Counted from the first letter of the stretch, positions 29,898-39,713 are shown. The stretch: DNA of 64,000 nt from Candidatus Poribacteria bacterium (GCA_965215265.1 OZ244048.1:2592001-2656000), one strand, 5' to 3'. Numbers and translations: made by a program. Notes: a model not told the origin generated them from the letters alone.

Positions 29898-30072
29898 ATG
29901 AAATCCATACACACCGTCATTCTACTTCTTGAAGGTGCCGCGTTTGTCGGGCCCGTCTATAAATTCAAGGTGTGTACACAGTTTGTGATGATTTACGGAG
30001 GTAGATATAGCGTGTTAAGGCGGTTGCTGTAGATTCAGAAAACAGATCTGTCCGGACCGCCTTTACGTTTTT
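29898..30072 (+). promoter_or_regulatory. candidate Ile/Leu/Val leader peptide (29898-30032) with overlapping terminator-like hairpin
   Basis: ORF MKSIHTVILLLEG...RRLL*; stem AAGGCGGT/ACCGCCTT (30017-30063) followed by TACGTTTTT, upstream of ilvD. Confidence 0.45.
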
Positions 30073-30098
30073 GATGCAATTTGTAGGAGAATAGAAAC

Positions 30099-31778
30099 AT
30101 GTCAAATAAACTCAAACCGCGGAGTTACGCAATTACCGATGGGCCGGATCGTGCTGCTGCCCGGACTATGCTCATGTTCGGGGATGGCGGGCTGTCACCG
30201 GAAGACTTGGATAAACCGATTATCGGTGTTGCTAATACATGGATTGAAATTGGCCCGTGCAATTTCCATCTGAGATGCCTCGCAGCGAAAGTCAAAGAAG
30301 GCATCCGCGCAGCAGGCGGGACACCGCTTGAATTCAACACCGTCAGCATATCGGACGGAATTACAATGGGTACTGAAGGGATGAAAACCTCGCTCATTAG
30401 TCGCGAAATCATCGCCGATTCCATTGAACTGGTTTCTATCGGTAATATGTTTGATGCCGTGGTCGCGCTCTGTGGGTGTGACAAGACTGTCCCGGGCACC
30501 GTCATGGCTTTGGCCCGGTTGGATATTCCATCACTGACGCTTTACGGTGGTTCTATTATGCCGGGCAAATTCCAAGGGCGTGATGTTACTATCCAGGATG
30601 TCTTTGAAGCTGTCGGGCAGCACGCTGAAGGTACTATCACAGTTGAGGAGCTCGATGACTTGATTAGTAAAGGGTGTCCGGGTCCTGGGGCCTGTGGTGG
30701 GCAATTTACGGCAAATACAATGGCAACAGCCGTAGAGATGTTGGGCATCGCGCCGATGGGCAGTGGCAGCGTCCCCGCTGTCGAAGCCGATAAGGACGAG
30801 GTTGCTTATCGGACTGGGGAACTGATTATGGATATGCTGGCAGCTGACCGGCTGCCGAGTCAGATTATCACGCGCAAATCGCTTGAGAATGCAATCACAT
30901 CAGTTGCTGCGACTGGTGGCTCTACTAACGGCGTTTTACACCTACTCGCTATTGCACACGAAGCACAGATTCCGTTGACGCTTGAAGATTTCCAAAGGAT
31001 TAGCCAAAAAACCCCGGTATTAGCAGATCTGAAGCCCGGTGGGCAATTTGTCGCAACAGACCTTTATCATGCCGGCGGTATTCAGTTGCTCGCAAAACGT
31101 TTGGCAGAAGCAGGGTTACTCCATACCGACGAACTCACCGTTACCGGGAAAACCATTGGTGAAGAAGCAAGTCAAGCAGTAGAAACCCCAACCCAAAGGG
31201 TTGTGCTGCCCGTAGACGCACCGCTCAAACCGACCGGGGGGTTTGCCATACTCAGAGGCAATCTTGCCCCCGATGGCTGTGTTATCAAGTTAGCTGGACA
31301 GGATAAGAAACACCACCGTGGGCCGGTGAGACTATTTGAACGCGAAGAAGATACCTTCGCGGCGATTAAAGGTGGCAAAATCCAGCCGGGCGATGTTGTG
31401 GTTATCCGTTATGAAGGCCCCACTGGCGGCCCCGGCATGCGCGAGATGCTTGGTGTGACAGCTGCAATCGTGGGTGCAGGACTCAGTGAACATGTTGCAC
31501 TCTTAACCGATGGCAGATTCTCTGGTGCAACGCACGGTTTCATGATTTGCCATGTCGCCCCAGAAGCCGCTAAAGGGGGCCCTATCGCTATCCTTGAAGA
31601 AGGAGATATCGTCGTTATTGACGTACAGGACCGGCGGCTTGACATAGAACTTTCCGATGCCGACATTCAGACACGGCTTGAAAAGTGGAAACCACCTCAG
31701 CCTCGCTATACCCGCGGTGTCATGGCAAAGTACGCGAATTCTGTCGCTTCTGCATCCCAAGGGGCTGTCACAGCATAG
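30099..31778 (+). CDS. ilvD: dihydroxy-acid dehydratase
   Basis: [48 protein letters not shown]. Confidence 0.97.
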   Translation: MSNKLKPRSYAITDGPDRAAARTMLMFGDGGLSPEDLDKPIIGVANTWIEIGPCNFHLRCLAAKVKEGIRAAGGTPLEFNTVSISDGITMGTEGMKTSLISREIIADSIELVSIGNMFDAVVALCGCDKTVPGTVMALARLDIPSLTLYGGSIMPGKFQGRDVTIQDVFEAVGQHAEGTITVEELDDLISKGCPGPGACGGQFTANTMATAVEMLGIAPMGSGSVPAVEADKDEVAYRTGELIMDMLAADRLPSQIITRKSLENAITSVAATGGSTNGVLHLLAIAHEAQIPLTLEDFQRISQKTPVLADLKPGGQFVATDLYHAGGIQLLAKRLAEAGLLHTDELTVTGKTIGEEASQAVETPTQRVVLPVDAPLKPTGGFAILRGNLAPDGCVIKLAGQDKKHHRGPVRLFEREEDTFAAIKGGKIQPGDVVVIRYEGPTGGPGMREMLGVTAAIVGAGLSEHVALLTDGRFSGATHGFMICHVAPEAAKGGPIAILEEGDIVVIDVQDRRLDIELSDADIQTRLEKWKPPQPRYTRGVMAKYANSVASASQGAVTA

Positions 31779-31874
31779 CAGGCAACAATACGCACAGCAT
31801 CGGTGCTCATCTTTCTGCAAGTAGATTTGTCCCGGCGGTGTTCCTTGTACCTGCAACCGTCCATTCTAAAAAAG

Positions 31875-31903
31875 TTGACTTTAAATCTGTTTTTTGCTAA
31901 AAT
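31875..31903 (+). promoter_or_regulatory. sigma70-like promoter for the WD40 gene
   Basis: TTGACT-N17-TAAAAT with TG extension. Confidence 0.55.
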
Positions 31904-31960
31904 CCCTTGCAAAGATTAAAAGGAGTGAATCTAAACGCTCTTTATCAGGAGAAATGCCAG

Positions 31961-33727
31961 ATGAAAAAGATGTTATTCCATGCTGCCATCGTGTTAATTT
32001 CCTTTACATTTCTAACCAAAGCGTTTGCCCAAGATTACACCCAATGGCATTTGCCAAAAGGTGCGCAAGCTCGACTGGGAAAAGGTTGGATAAACGACCT
32101 GGTATTTTCGCCGGATGTAAATCGCCCAAAACTCGCCGTAGGAACAACCATCGGTATCTGGATATATGATCCCGATACGGCTAAAGAACTCGCCCTGTTT
32201 ACAGAAAACGATATGGGCAACGTCAAAACAGTTGACTATTCTCCAGACGGCCTCTCTATTGTAAGTGGGCATTCGGACGGCACTATCAGATTATGGGATA
32301 CAAGTAGCGCGCGGGTTATAAGAAGGTTCAGCGGCCACACCGGCGCGATTTATGCTGTTGCGTTTTCACCGACTGGCGATATAATTGCCAGCGGTAGCTC
32401 AGATAAAACTATCAGATTATGGAATGCTAACACGAAGAAGTTAATCTCGATTCTACCAGGGTACGGCGGTCCTGTCTATGCAGTTAAATTCTCACCGGAC
32501 GGGAAAATACTCGCAGGGGGCAGTGACGATACGTCGATCCGGATCTGGAATACCGGAACGGGCGAAGAGATGCACAAATTTACCGAACATAACGACGCAA
32601 TCCGCAGTTTGGCTTTCTCGCCGAATGGGTTGATGCTTATTAGTGGGAGCGAGGATGGTACGGTTCAGTTTTGGAATCTCGTCGAGCCGGCCGGACAGAT
32701 ATTCGCAGCAACGGAACACCAGGCTCCGGTTTACGCTGTCTCCATCGCTATGGACGGCGAAACCTTTGTGTCAGGTAGTGCCGATAAAACCATTCGGTTG
32801 GGAGATACAAATACAGGAACTGTTGTGTCGACACTTGAAGGCCATATAGATTCGATATGGACGGTCGCGTTCGCACCGGATGGACGCACCCTTGCAAGTG
32901 GCAGCTTGGATGGGACCGTTCGGGTCTGGGATACCCGGCTCCGCAACGCTATGGCGACGCTCAAAGGACATACAGGGAGAGTCAAGGCATTGGTGTACAC
33001 TGAAGATAACCAGATTCTCGCTTGTGGTGCAGCTTTTGACGGAAAACTCCGACTGTGGGATGCAGGTGGGAGTCAAGAACTATCTATCCTCGCAGAACAT
33101 ACCGGGTTAACGCAGACTGTAACGTTTTCATCCGACAGCAACAGGATTGCCAGCGGCGGAAGTCTGGATGGTACAATTTTGGTTTCCGATATCGGAAGCT
33201 TGGGTTTTCATGAAAACCGTCTGCAGACTGCTTTAATGGGAAACGACCACGGGATTACTGCTTTGGCTTTTTCGCCTCAGCGCAGCACCGTCGCTTGTGG
33301 CGGGTTGGATGGCAAAATTCATCTGTTGGACATAGATACGCGTAAAACATTGAAAACCCTTAGTGAACCCGAGAGTAGCGTTACTGCCTTGGCGTACTCG
33401 CCCGATGGCAGCACCCTCGCCAGCGGTGAGGCGAACGGAACAATTCGGATGTGGACAGTCCTCACAGCACAACATCGGAGTCTGCCAAAACCGTTAGCGA
33501 GTGAAGTGAGTGCCCTGGCGTTCTCTTCAGATGAACGTGTCCTGGCAATTGGCGGCGAAAATACTATCGCGTTATGGGATATTTTAAATCACAAGTTGAG
33601 TGCAATCCTTACGAAACATACGCGCAAAATTACCGCCCTGATGTTCTCTGAAGATGGTACCACAATTGTCAGCGGAAGTGAAGACGGCACAATCCTACTA
33701 TGGGATACAGACTCAGCAATTGAATAA
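31961..33727 (+). CDS. secreted WD40-repeat protein (about 13-14 repeats)
   Basis: Signal peptide, AQDYTQWHLPKGAQARLGKG, repeated GH...AFSPDG...SGS.D.TIRLWD. Confidence 0.93.
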   Translation: MKKMLFHAAIVLISFTFLTKAFAQDYTQWHLPKGAQARLGKGWINDLVFSPDVNRPKLAVGTTIGIWIYDPDTAKELALFTENDMGNVKTVDYSPDGLSIVSGHSDGTIRLWDTSSARVIRRFSGHTGAIYAVAFSPTGDIIASGSSDKTIRLWNANTKKLISILPGYGGPVYAVKFSPDGKILAGGSDDTSIRIWNTGTGEEMHKFTEHNDAIRSLAFSPNGLMLISGSEDGTVQFWNLVEPAGQIFAATEHQAPVYAVSIAMDGETFVSGSADKTIRLGDTNTGTVVSTLEGHIDSIWTVAFAPDGRTLASGSLDGTVRVWDTRLRNAMATLKGHTGRVKALVYTEDNQILACGAAFDGKLRLWDAGGSQELSILAEHTGLTQTVTFSSDSNRIASGGSLDGTILVSDIGSLGFHENRLQTALMGNDHGITALAFSPQRSTVACGGLDGKIHLLDIDTRKTLKTLSEPESSVTALAYSPDGSTLASGEANGTIRMWTVLTAQHRSLPKPLASEVSALAFSSDERVLAIGGENTIALWDILNHKLSAILTKHTRKITALMFSEDGTTIVSGSEDGTILLWDTDSAIE

Positions 33728-33777
33728 AACCAAACTGAGAGCGTTCGGCACAACCGCCCTCCAGGTTCCATTGACAA

Positions 33778-35166
33778 ATGGATACTATAAAACAAGCACA
33801 CTACAGCCTTGGCACAGCATATCTGAATAATAAGCAATACAGCGAAGCCGTTGATGCATTCCAACACGCAATAGCGCTTGATGAAAATTTCGCAGCAGCA
33901 CACGGGCAGATGGGACTCGCGTACTTTGAACTGAACGACTTTGAAAACGCTGCAAAGGCTGCGAAGGAGGCTCTCAGGAACGATAGTAACTATCAGCCAG
34001 CTCACAGACTCCTTGAAACCCTAAAACAGGAGTATTACGACCTGGGACTGGCTTCGCTTGCTACAGAGGAATACGCCCCGGCAATTCTCGAATTCACACA
34101 AGCAATAAAAATAGACGCGGAATTTATAGAAGCAATCCATGCGCTTGGACTCGCTTATTTGGGAGCACAGAAATTTGACGAAGCGAAAAACGCTGCTCAA
34201 GAAGCATTAAAGATTGATACCAATTATCAGCCGGCGAAAGCACTGTTGGAGACTATAAACCCGGCGAAAGAAGCCGAGGTAGCAGCGCAAGCTCACCACA
34301 AAGAGACCGAGGTAGCAGCGCAAGCTCCCTCCTCGGATGTTACAGCGAGCGAGCCCGGGCAACCGCCACTGCCACCAGAAACTCCCCTAAATCCAGATGC
34401 AACGCTAACGTCTTCGGAAAGCAAAAAGCACTATGAGCAAGGGATTGCCTTCCTAAATAATCAGCAATATAACCATGGGGTTGCAGCATTCAAAAAGGCA
34501 CTCAACTCGGATGCAAATTATAGGGATGCCCACTACGGCTTGGGACTCGCCTATCTGAAAGTCGGCACGCTTGATATGGCAGAAAATGCCGCGCAACAAG
34601 CACTAAACATTGATGAGAACTATTTACCCGCTCATCAGCTCTTAAATGATATCCAGGCCCTAGATGCAAAAATTGGAAGGCGGGCTTTGTGGCTAAAAAT
34701 CGGATTATTTATCGCGGTATTGGCAGGACTCATCGCACTTTTCGGAATATACAAAACTCACATCCTCAATTTTTTAACGCCTACACCATCCGCTGAATTA
34801 TCCATAACTGAAATACGGTTAGACGAACCGTCTGCTAACAAATTCCTTGATGGCGGCGAAAAAGCGTCTATTAATATTAAAATTGAAAACCTGGGAGGGC
34901 GGGCAAGAGGTCTGCATCTCCAACTGACACCCTCTTCATACCGTAATTTACGCTATAATCCGAGCACCACAATTCAAGAATTAGATGCAAATAGCGAAAG
35001 AATTATCACAATTCCTATTTCAGCCGATCGGAACGTTCAGGCACAAGCAGTCCTTCTGAAAATCCAATTGCTTGACAAAAATGGGGATGCGCTTACTGTA
35101 AAAAAACCGTTCTCTTTTAAGACGTTCCCGGATAAAGTGCCGGGCCCTTTTGCACCGCCCCGATAG
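33778..35166 (+). CDS. TPR-repeat protein with one TM helix and C-terminal Ig/CARDB-like domain
   Basis: Three paired TPR units (AHY.LGLAYL...A..ID.NYQPA), TM IGLFIAVLAGLIALFGIY, beta-rich C-terminus. Confidence 0.88.
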   Translation: MDTIKQAHYSLGTAYLNNKQYSEAVDAFQHAIALDENFAAAHGQMGLAYFELNDFENAAKAAKEALRNDSNYQPAHRLLETLKQEYYDLGLASLATEEYAPAILEFTQAIKIDAEFIEAIHALGLAYLGAQKFDEAKNAAQEALKIDTNYQPAKALLETINPAKEAEVAAQAHHKETEVAAQAPSSDVTASEPGQPPLPPETPLNPDATLTSSESKKHYEQGIAFLNNQQYNHGVAAFKKALNSDANYRDAHYGLGLAYLKVGTLDMAENAAQQALNIDENYLPAHQLLNDIQALDAKIGRRALWLKIGLFIAVLAGLIALFGIYKTHILNFLTPTPSAELSITEIRLDEPSANKFLDGGEKASINIKIENLGGRARGLHLQLTPSSYRNLRYNPSTTIQELDANSERIITIPISADRNVQAQAVLLKIQLLDKNGDALTVKKPFSFKTFPDKVPGPFAPPR

Positions 35167-35240
35167 CGCCACGCCTCGCACGCGACATAGGGCAACGCAC
35201 ATATAAAGCGAGAAATTGGAAACTATATCGAAACAATCCC

Positions 35241-35489
35241 ATGAAAACTGACTACATCAGCACGGATGATGCCTGCGAAGAACTTCCGAAACTCCCCATC
35301 GCTGATCCGGCCGACTACAACGTCCTGACAGCCGAAAGCTGGGACACGCAGTGGAAGACGGAGGAGGCTTATCTTACAAGGATGACTGCTGCTGTCACGC
35401 AAAGGTTAGGCAGAGACTGCGTAGGCATTGAGTAGAATCCACGCTATATTAAAATCACGAAGCAGCGCATGGACGCAAGGCTTATCTAA
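35241..35489 (+). pseudogene. internally deleted relic of a beta-class DNA methyltransferase
   Basis: MKTDYISTDDACEELPKLP-IADPADYN-WDTQWKTEEAYL joined to RMTAAVTQRLGRDCVGIE*NPRYIKITKQR, resembling GTTxxxAxxLGRxxIGIELNPxY with an in-frame TAG. Confidence 0.65.
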
Positions 35490-35561
35490 CACGCAGACTT
35501 CAGGCAGAAGTCGTCCGCCAAAACCCTTTTTGAATATAGATTTGCTGTATACTACAACACC

Positions 35562-36440
35562 ATGTCTAATCATCATCTCTACTTTGGAGATAACCTCCCC
35601 ATTCTTCAGGAATATCTTGCAGATGAAAGTGTCAACCTAATCTACGTCGATCCGCCCTTTAACACAGGAAAAATCCAACAGCGAACAGAAATAGAAGTTG
35701 AACAAGACGAGCAGGGCGACAGAGTCGGCTTTAAAGGCAAAACGTATCGAACTATCAAACGGGACAGCACCGATTACCCCGATAAATTTGCGAGTTTGGA
35801 TGCATATTTGCAATTTTTGCGGCCGCGCTTTGAAGAGGCATATCGAGTACTACATCGGCATGGGAGTTTTTTCCTGCATCTGGATTACCGGGCAGTACAT
35901 TACTGTAAAGTCATGTTAGATAAAATTTTCGGGCACGAGTCGTTTTTGAACGAGATTATCTGGGCTTACGACTTTGGCGGACGGTCGAAAACTCGCTGGC
36001 CCGCCAAGCACGACACCATTCTCTGGTACGTGAAAACACCGACAGACTATACCTTCAATTTTGATGAAATAGATCGGATTCCGTATATGGCGCCTGGGCT
36101 CGTAGGGAAAGAAAAAGCGGCGCGCGGCAAAACGCCCACAGATGTCTGGTGGCATACCATCGTTAGCACAAATGGACGTGAGAAAACCGGTTACCCGACG
36201 CAAAAGCCACTCGGTATCGTCAACCGCATTGTCAAAGTACACTCATCGCCGGGGGATATACTTTTAGATTTCTTTGCCGGCAGCGGGACGCTTGGCGAAG
36301 CAGCCGCTCTACACAGCCGCTCCTCTATTCTCATTGATAACAATGCCCCGGCAATCAAAGTCATTATGAACCGGTTGGCATTTTACGGTATTGAACTCCT
36401 CAACGTGGACTACGATGCATTGATAAAACAACCGACCTGA
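35562..36440 (+). CDS. site-specific DNA methyltransferase (N6A/N4C, beta class), no cognate endonuclease nearby
   Basis: YVDPPFNTG motif IV, GYPTQKP, LLDFFAGSGT motif I. Confidence 0.93.
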   Translation: MSNHHLYFGDNLPILQEYLADESVNLIYVDPPFNTGKIQQRTEIEVEQDEQGDRVGFKGKTYRTIKRDSTDYPDKFASLDAYLQFLRPRFEEAYRVLHRHGSFFLHLDYRAVHYCKVMLDKIFGHESFLNEIIWAYDFGGRSKTRWPAKHDTILWYVKTPTDYTFNFDEIDRIPYMAPGLVGKEKAARGKTPTDVWWHTIVSTNGREKTGYPTQKPLGIVNRIVKVHSSPGDILLDFFAGSGTLGEAAALHSRSSILIDNNAPAIKVIMNRLAFYGIELLNVDYDALIKQPT

Positions 36441-36601
36441 CAAGCTGGGTTGGGCGGTTAAATATGTTAACTATAGATTAAAATTCTTCTTGAAGCAAAT
36501 CCTTTAGTGAAACACGGTTTCCAGCACACTACTAGGAATCTCTGTGGGTTCCGCACATTTTGTGCATCTGCCCTTGGTTCGTCCTCACGCTGCCCCGGTT
36601 C

Positions 36602-36698
36602 GTTGCACGCGTTGTTAGCATCGGTTAAGACTCAAAACATCAAAAGGCACTGAAAACGCAACCACAGTGTTGCACGCGTTGTTAGCATCGGTTAAGAC
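36602..36698 (+). CRISPR. CRISPR-like mini unit: two identical 30-bp repeats and one 37-bp spacer, no cas genes
   Basis: GTTGCACGCGTTGTTAGCATCGGTTAAGAC at 36602-36631 and 36669-36698. Confidence 0.3.
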
Positions 36699-37200
36699 CC
36701 TCCCCTCAAAATTTAGTCTGCCTAAGTATCTACTTAACCCGTTGTGTTATGTATGGTCGAATGCCCTCACGCTGTGCAAGCGTAGCACATCCCACCTCTT
36801 GGGCACCGCCGCCCGGAAACGCCTGAACGGGCTGGCTCTGTTTGACATCCTTCACGCCACTTTTCTTCGTGCCCCTCTGTTGGGCTGGGCCCTCTCTTCC
36901 AAGAAGCTCTCTAGATTGTCTAAAGCCCCCTGCTGTCTTTGTGGGAGAACTCGCCCTCTCTGCTCCTATTCGAGGGGACAGGCAAACGGCATGGGCATCG
37001 GGCAGTGGTTAACGTGTGGACTGAGTATGCTTTGATGATGCATGCATCTGAAAACGTGCGAATTTGTGGTGCAAAACGCATGAAAAATGCACGCACATCC
37101 CAAAAGGCTACCTCACATACACATTTTTTTTGAAAAAAAGTGAAAAAAAGCCAAAAAAAAGCACTTTTTTCCCAAAAATCATCATTTTTTTGATTTTAAC

Positions 37201-37229
37201 GTGACAAACGCATTTTCATAGGGTATAAT
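37201..37229 (+). promoter_or_regulatory. sigma70-like promoter for the FGDIPEV gene pair
   Basis: GTGACA-N17-TATAAT downstream of an A/T-tract region. Confidence 0.6.
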
Positions 37230-37467
37230 TAAAATAACCTTTTACAAAAAAGGTGAAAGTGTTCTTTTAGCATTGCCACCGCAGGTTACAACTCGCAGAG
37301 GGACTGCTATATAATGGGTATAACCGCATTGGTTTTCTATTCTATCACAAATATAGGTATGGAAGAAAACCCGTGCGGTATATAAAAGGGAAACGTTTTC
37401 CCGTTGTCGCATAAAACATCACTGTTTTCTGGGACTTTTAAGCTAGCACCTCACAATGGATTTTTAA

Positions 37468-38115
37468 ATGTTTAAACGAAACTGGCTTTGGGCACTTGCT
37501 TTACTCCTTCTCATCGGCATCGGAAGTTTTGTGCTTTTAAAATCTAAAGCACCGCTGAAACCGATAAAAGTCTATAAGATGGGAACACCAGAACCGGGTC
37601 CAACAAAGACAAGTACGAGCGACACAGAAATTACCACACCACATAGCCATGAACCCAACGATAACCACCGCCATGGGCATTCCCATGAGAAGGTGTCGCC
37701 CTCCCACGTCGTGGAACCTGTTTCCAGCGATGGTGAGTATGATTGGCGAAATGATGGCGTGTTTGATGTATCTGAACAGCAAGAAGAGGCCTGGAAACCA
37801 ACGGATCCAGAACGTGAATTGCCTGACGCTGCTGAGGATACCTATCCACCTCGAGACTGGTACAAAACAGAAGATATAGAGGTGCGCGCCGAGTATTTTT
37901 ACGCCCAACTCCTCAAGCAATTTGGAGACATTCCAGAAGTTCATACTGTTGGCGAATACAATTTAAACGTTGCAAAAGGTGTGCCGCAAACGCTTCGTCA
38001 AATGGAAGACTACCTTGAAGCAAACTATCATCTCTTTCGGAATGATAAAAATAAAAAAGCCCTCGAAGAATTCTATAAACTAAAAGCATTAGGTGCAACA
38101 ATGGGTGCTAAATAA
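37468..38115 (+). CDS. membrane-anchored/secreted hypothetical protein, His-rich linker, FGDIPEV-motif domain
   Basis: N-terminal TM, HSHEPNDNHRHGHSHE, PPRDW...YAQLLKQFGDIPEVH. Confidence 0.75.
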   Translation: MFKRNWLWALALLLLIGIGSFVLLKSKAPLKPIKVYKMGTPEPGPTKTSTSDTEITTPHSHEPNDNHRHGHSHEKVSPSHVVEPVSSDGEYDWRNDGVFDVSEQQEEAWKPTDPERELPDAAEDTYPPRDWYKTEDIEVRAEYFYAQLLKQFGDIPEVHTVGEYNLNVAKGVPQTLRQMEDYLEANYHLFRNDKNKKALEEFYKLKALGATMGAK

Positions 38116-38125
38116 GGAGGACTTC

Positions 38126-38914
38126 ATGAAAACGCTCAACTTTTTCGGTATCTCTATTTCTTTTATATTCGTTTCTATCTTCTGCTTAGCTGCTTTTTGC
38201 GGATGTGGCGACACAGGAGATGAGCCCGGGCATTCAAGCGTGAGCCTTGTCTCGGGAGATGAGCCCGGGCCCGGGTGGTATTCAGGAGTGAACCTTGTCT
38301 CGGAAGATGCGCCCGGGCAGCCAAAAGAGTCCCCTCTCTCGGAAAAATTCAAATGGCCCGCCGGCACCACCGGTGAGCTGTGGGAGCTCACAGATGCGGA
38401 TGTTGCCGAACTGTTAGCGATAAACCCACCTCCAGATTGGCCCCAGACAGCGGACCGCGAGTTGTATAACAGATATTATTTTGCCCAACTCCTCAAGCAA
38501 TTTGGAGACATTCCCGAGGTGCGCTACGTTATAGCGTTTCTGCGAAAACCAGGAAAAAATGTCACGATCAAGCAAGCCATCGCTTATTCTGAAGCCATAT
38601 ACCGTCTCTTCCCGAATCAAGTCAACCTAGAAGCACTGTTAGAAATCTCATCGGCTCTTTCTCCACCACAGAGGGATGCACGGACATGGATGAAGGAAGA
38701 TCCGGAAGGATACCTGGAACACATGAAAGAAGTATGGCTTATACATCACGGGGATATTCCCGAGATTCACACCTATGTGCATCTTGAACTCAAAAGATTG
38801 TTAGGCAAACACCTAACAGATGCAGAGCGTCGGGCAAGGAATGCGGCCGCCTTACATCTTCAGAAACTTAATGACCAACTTAGGGATGAACGCGATAATG
38901 ATAATGATGACTAG
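38126..38914 (+). CDS. putative lipoprotein with two GDIPE-motif repeats
   Basis: TAAGGAGG RBS; LAAFCGC lipobox-like; PPPDW...FAQLLKQFGDIPEVR and HHGDIPEIH. Confidence 0.75.
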   Translation: MKTLNFFGISISFIFVSIFCLAAFCGCGDTGDEPGHSSVSLVSGDEPGPGWYSGVNLVSEDAPGQPKESPLSEKFKWPAGTTGELWELTDADVAELLAINPPPDWPQTADRELYNRYYFAQLLKQFGDIPEVRYVIAFLRKPGKNVTIKQAIAYSEAIYRLFPNQVNLEALLEISSALSPPQRDARTWMKEDPEGYLEHMKEVWLIHHGDIPEIHTYVHLELKRLLGKHLTDAERRARNAAALHLQKLNDQLRDERDNDNDD

Positions 38915-39096
38915 ACCTCGTGATGCTTTTTATCCTCGTTGTGAGCCAAGGTGGCTCACTTCGGCTGATGACTCCTGCCAGCCAATTTACCAAAAGTCAA
39001 GGGTAAAAGAATGACAAAAATCGCCTTGCATGTTGGCAGGACACATGCAAGGCAGTTACTTTTACCCTTCACTCTACATCTCATAAGGAGAAACAA

Positions 39097-39481
39097 ATGT
39101 TGAAAAAAAATATTGGGAGGTCTCTCCCTCCTTATCTTTGTGTCTGCTTTTACGACACCTTTACTGGTTATCACCAACACTGCCAATTCAACCGACAATC
39201 GCGTAGATTATTACCTCTATAGAGTCCACGTAACTTGCCCAGATGGCTCTGTCCTAACAAGTTATGATGAATGGAGAAGCGTTTCATGGACCGACAGCGA
39301 GCATCCGCCAGATTTTTTGGAGTGGTATGAATTTTGTACTGATGTCTTGATAAATGGCGAATGGGTCGAAGAGTGTGAATGGGAACTCGTACCTGTTCAC
39401 ACAGATCATTGGACAACGTACCGTCTCTATGATACTCCAACCGACATCACCGTCTATATAAGTGAACAAGCGTGTCGTTAA
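39097..39481 (+). pseudogene. secreted 4-Cys beta-rich protein, frameshifted (+1) in an A8 tract
   Basis: TAAGGAG RBS and ATG at 39097; A7 would give MLKKILGGLSLLIFVSAFTTPLL in frame with the 39113..39481 ORF. Confidence 0.65.
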
Positions 39482-39562
39482 TCATTAGCGCCTGACGCTT
39501 GCGTTAGTATACAGCCAAACAGGTCGGCACTGCTGACGGAATTTCATAGCATCCCTAAAACG

Positions 39563-39601
39563 AAAGCAGCGTTACATCACGTGACGCTGCTTTTGTCTTT
39601 T
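39563..39601 (+). terminator. rho-independent terminator
   Basis: AAAGCAGCGTTAC-ATCAC-GTGACGCTGCTTT followed by T-rich tail. Confidence 0.8.
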
Positions 39602-39610
39602 ATACTAAAA

Positions 39611-39639
39611 TTGACAACTGCACTGGTATAGGGTATAAT
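39611..39639 (+). promoter_or_regulatory. perfect-consensus sigma70 promoter for dusB-dapF-dapA
   Basis: TTGACA-N17-TATAAT. Confidence 0.8.
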
Positions 39640-39713
39640 AATTTAATGCAAAAGGACACATAGCACAACGCTTAGCGTCTCAAAACCAGGATACGGAAGA
39701 TAAAATCGCAACG

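Noticed and set aside
36667-37133. ORFs of 122 and 64 aa in the long intergenic region
   Set aside because: No RBS or motifs; the first starts at a repeat. No cas, TnpB or endonuclease similarity recognised.
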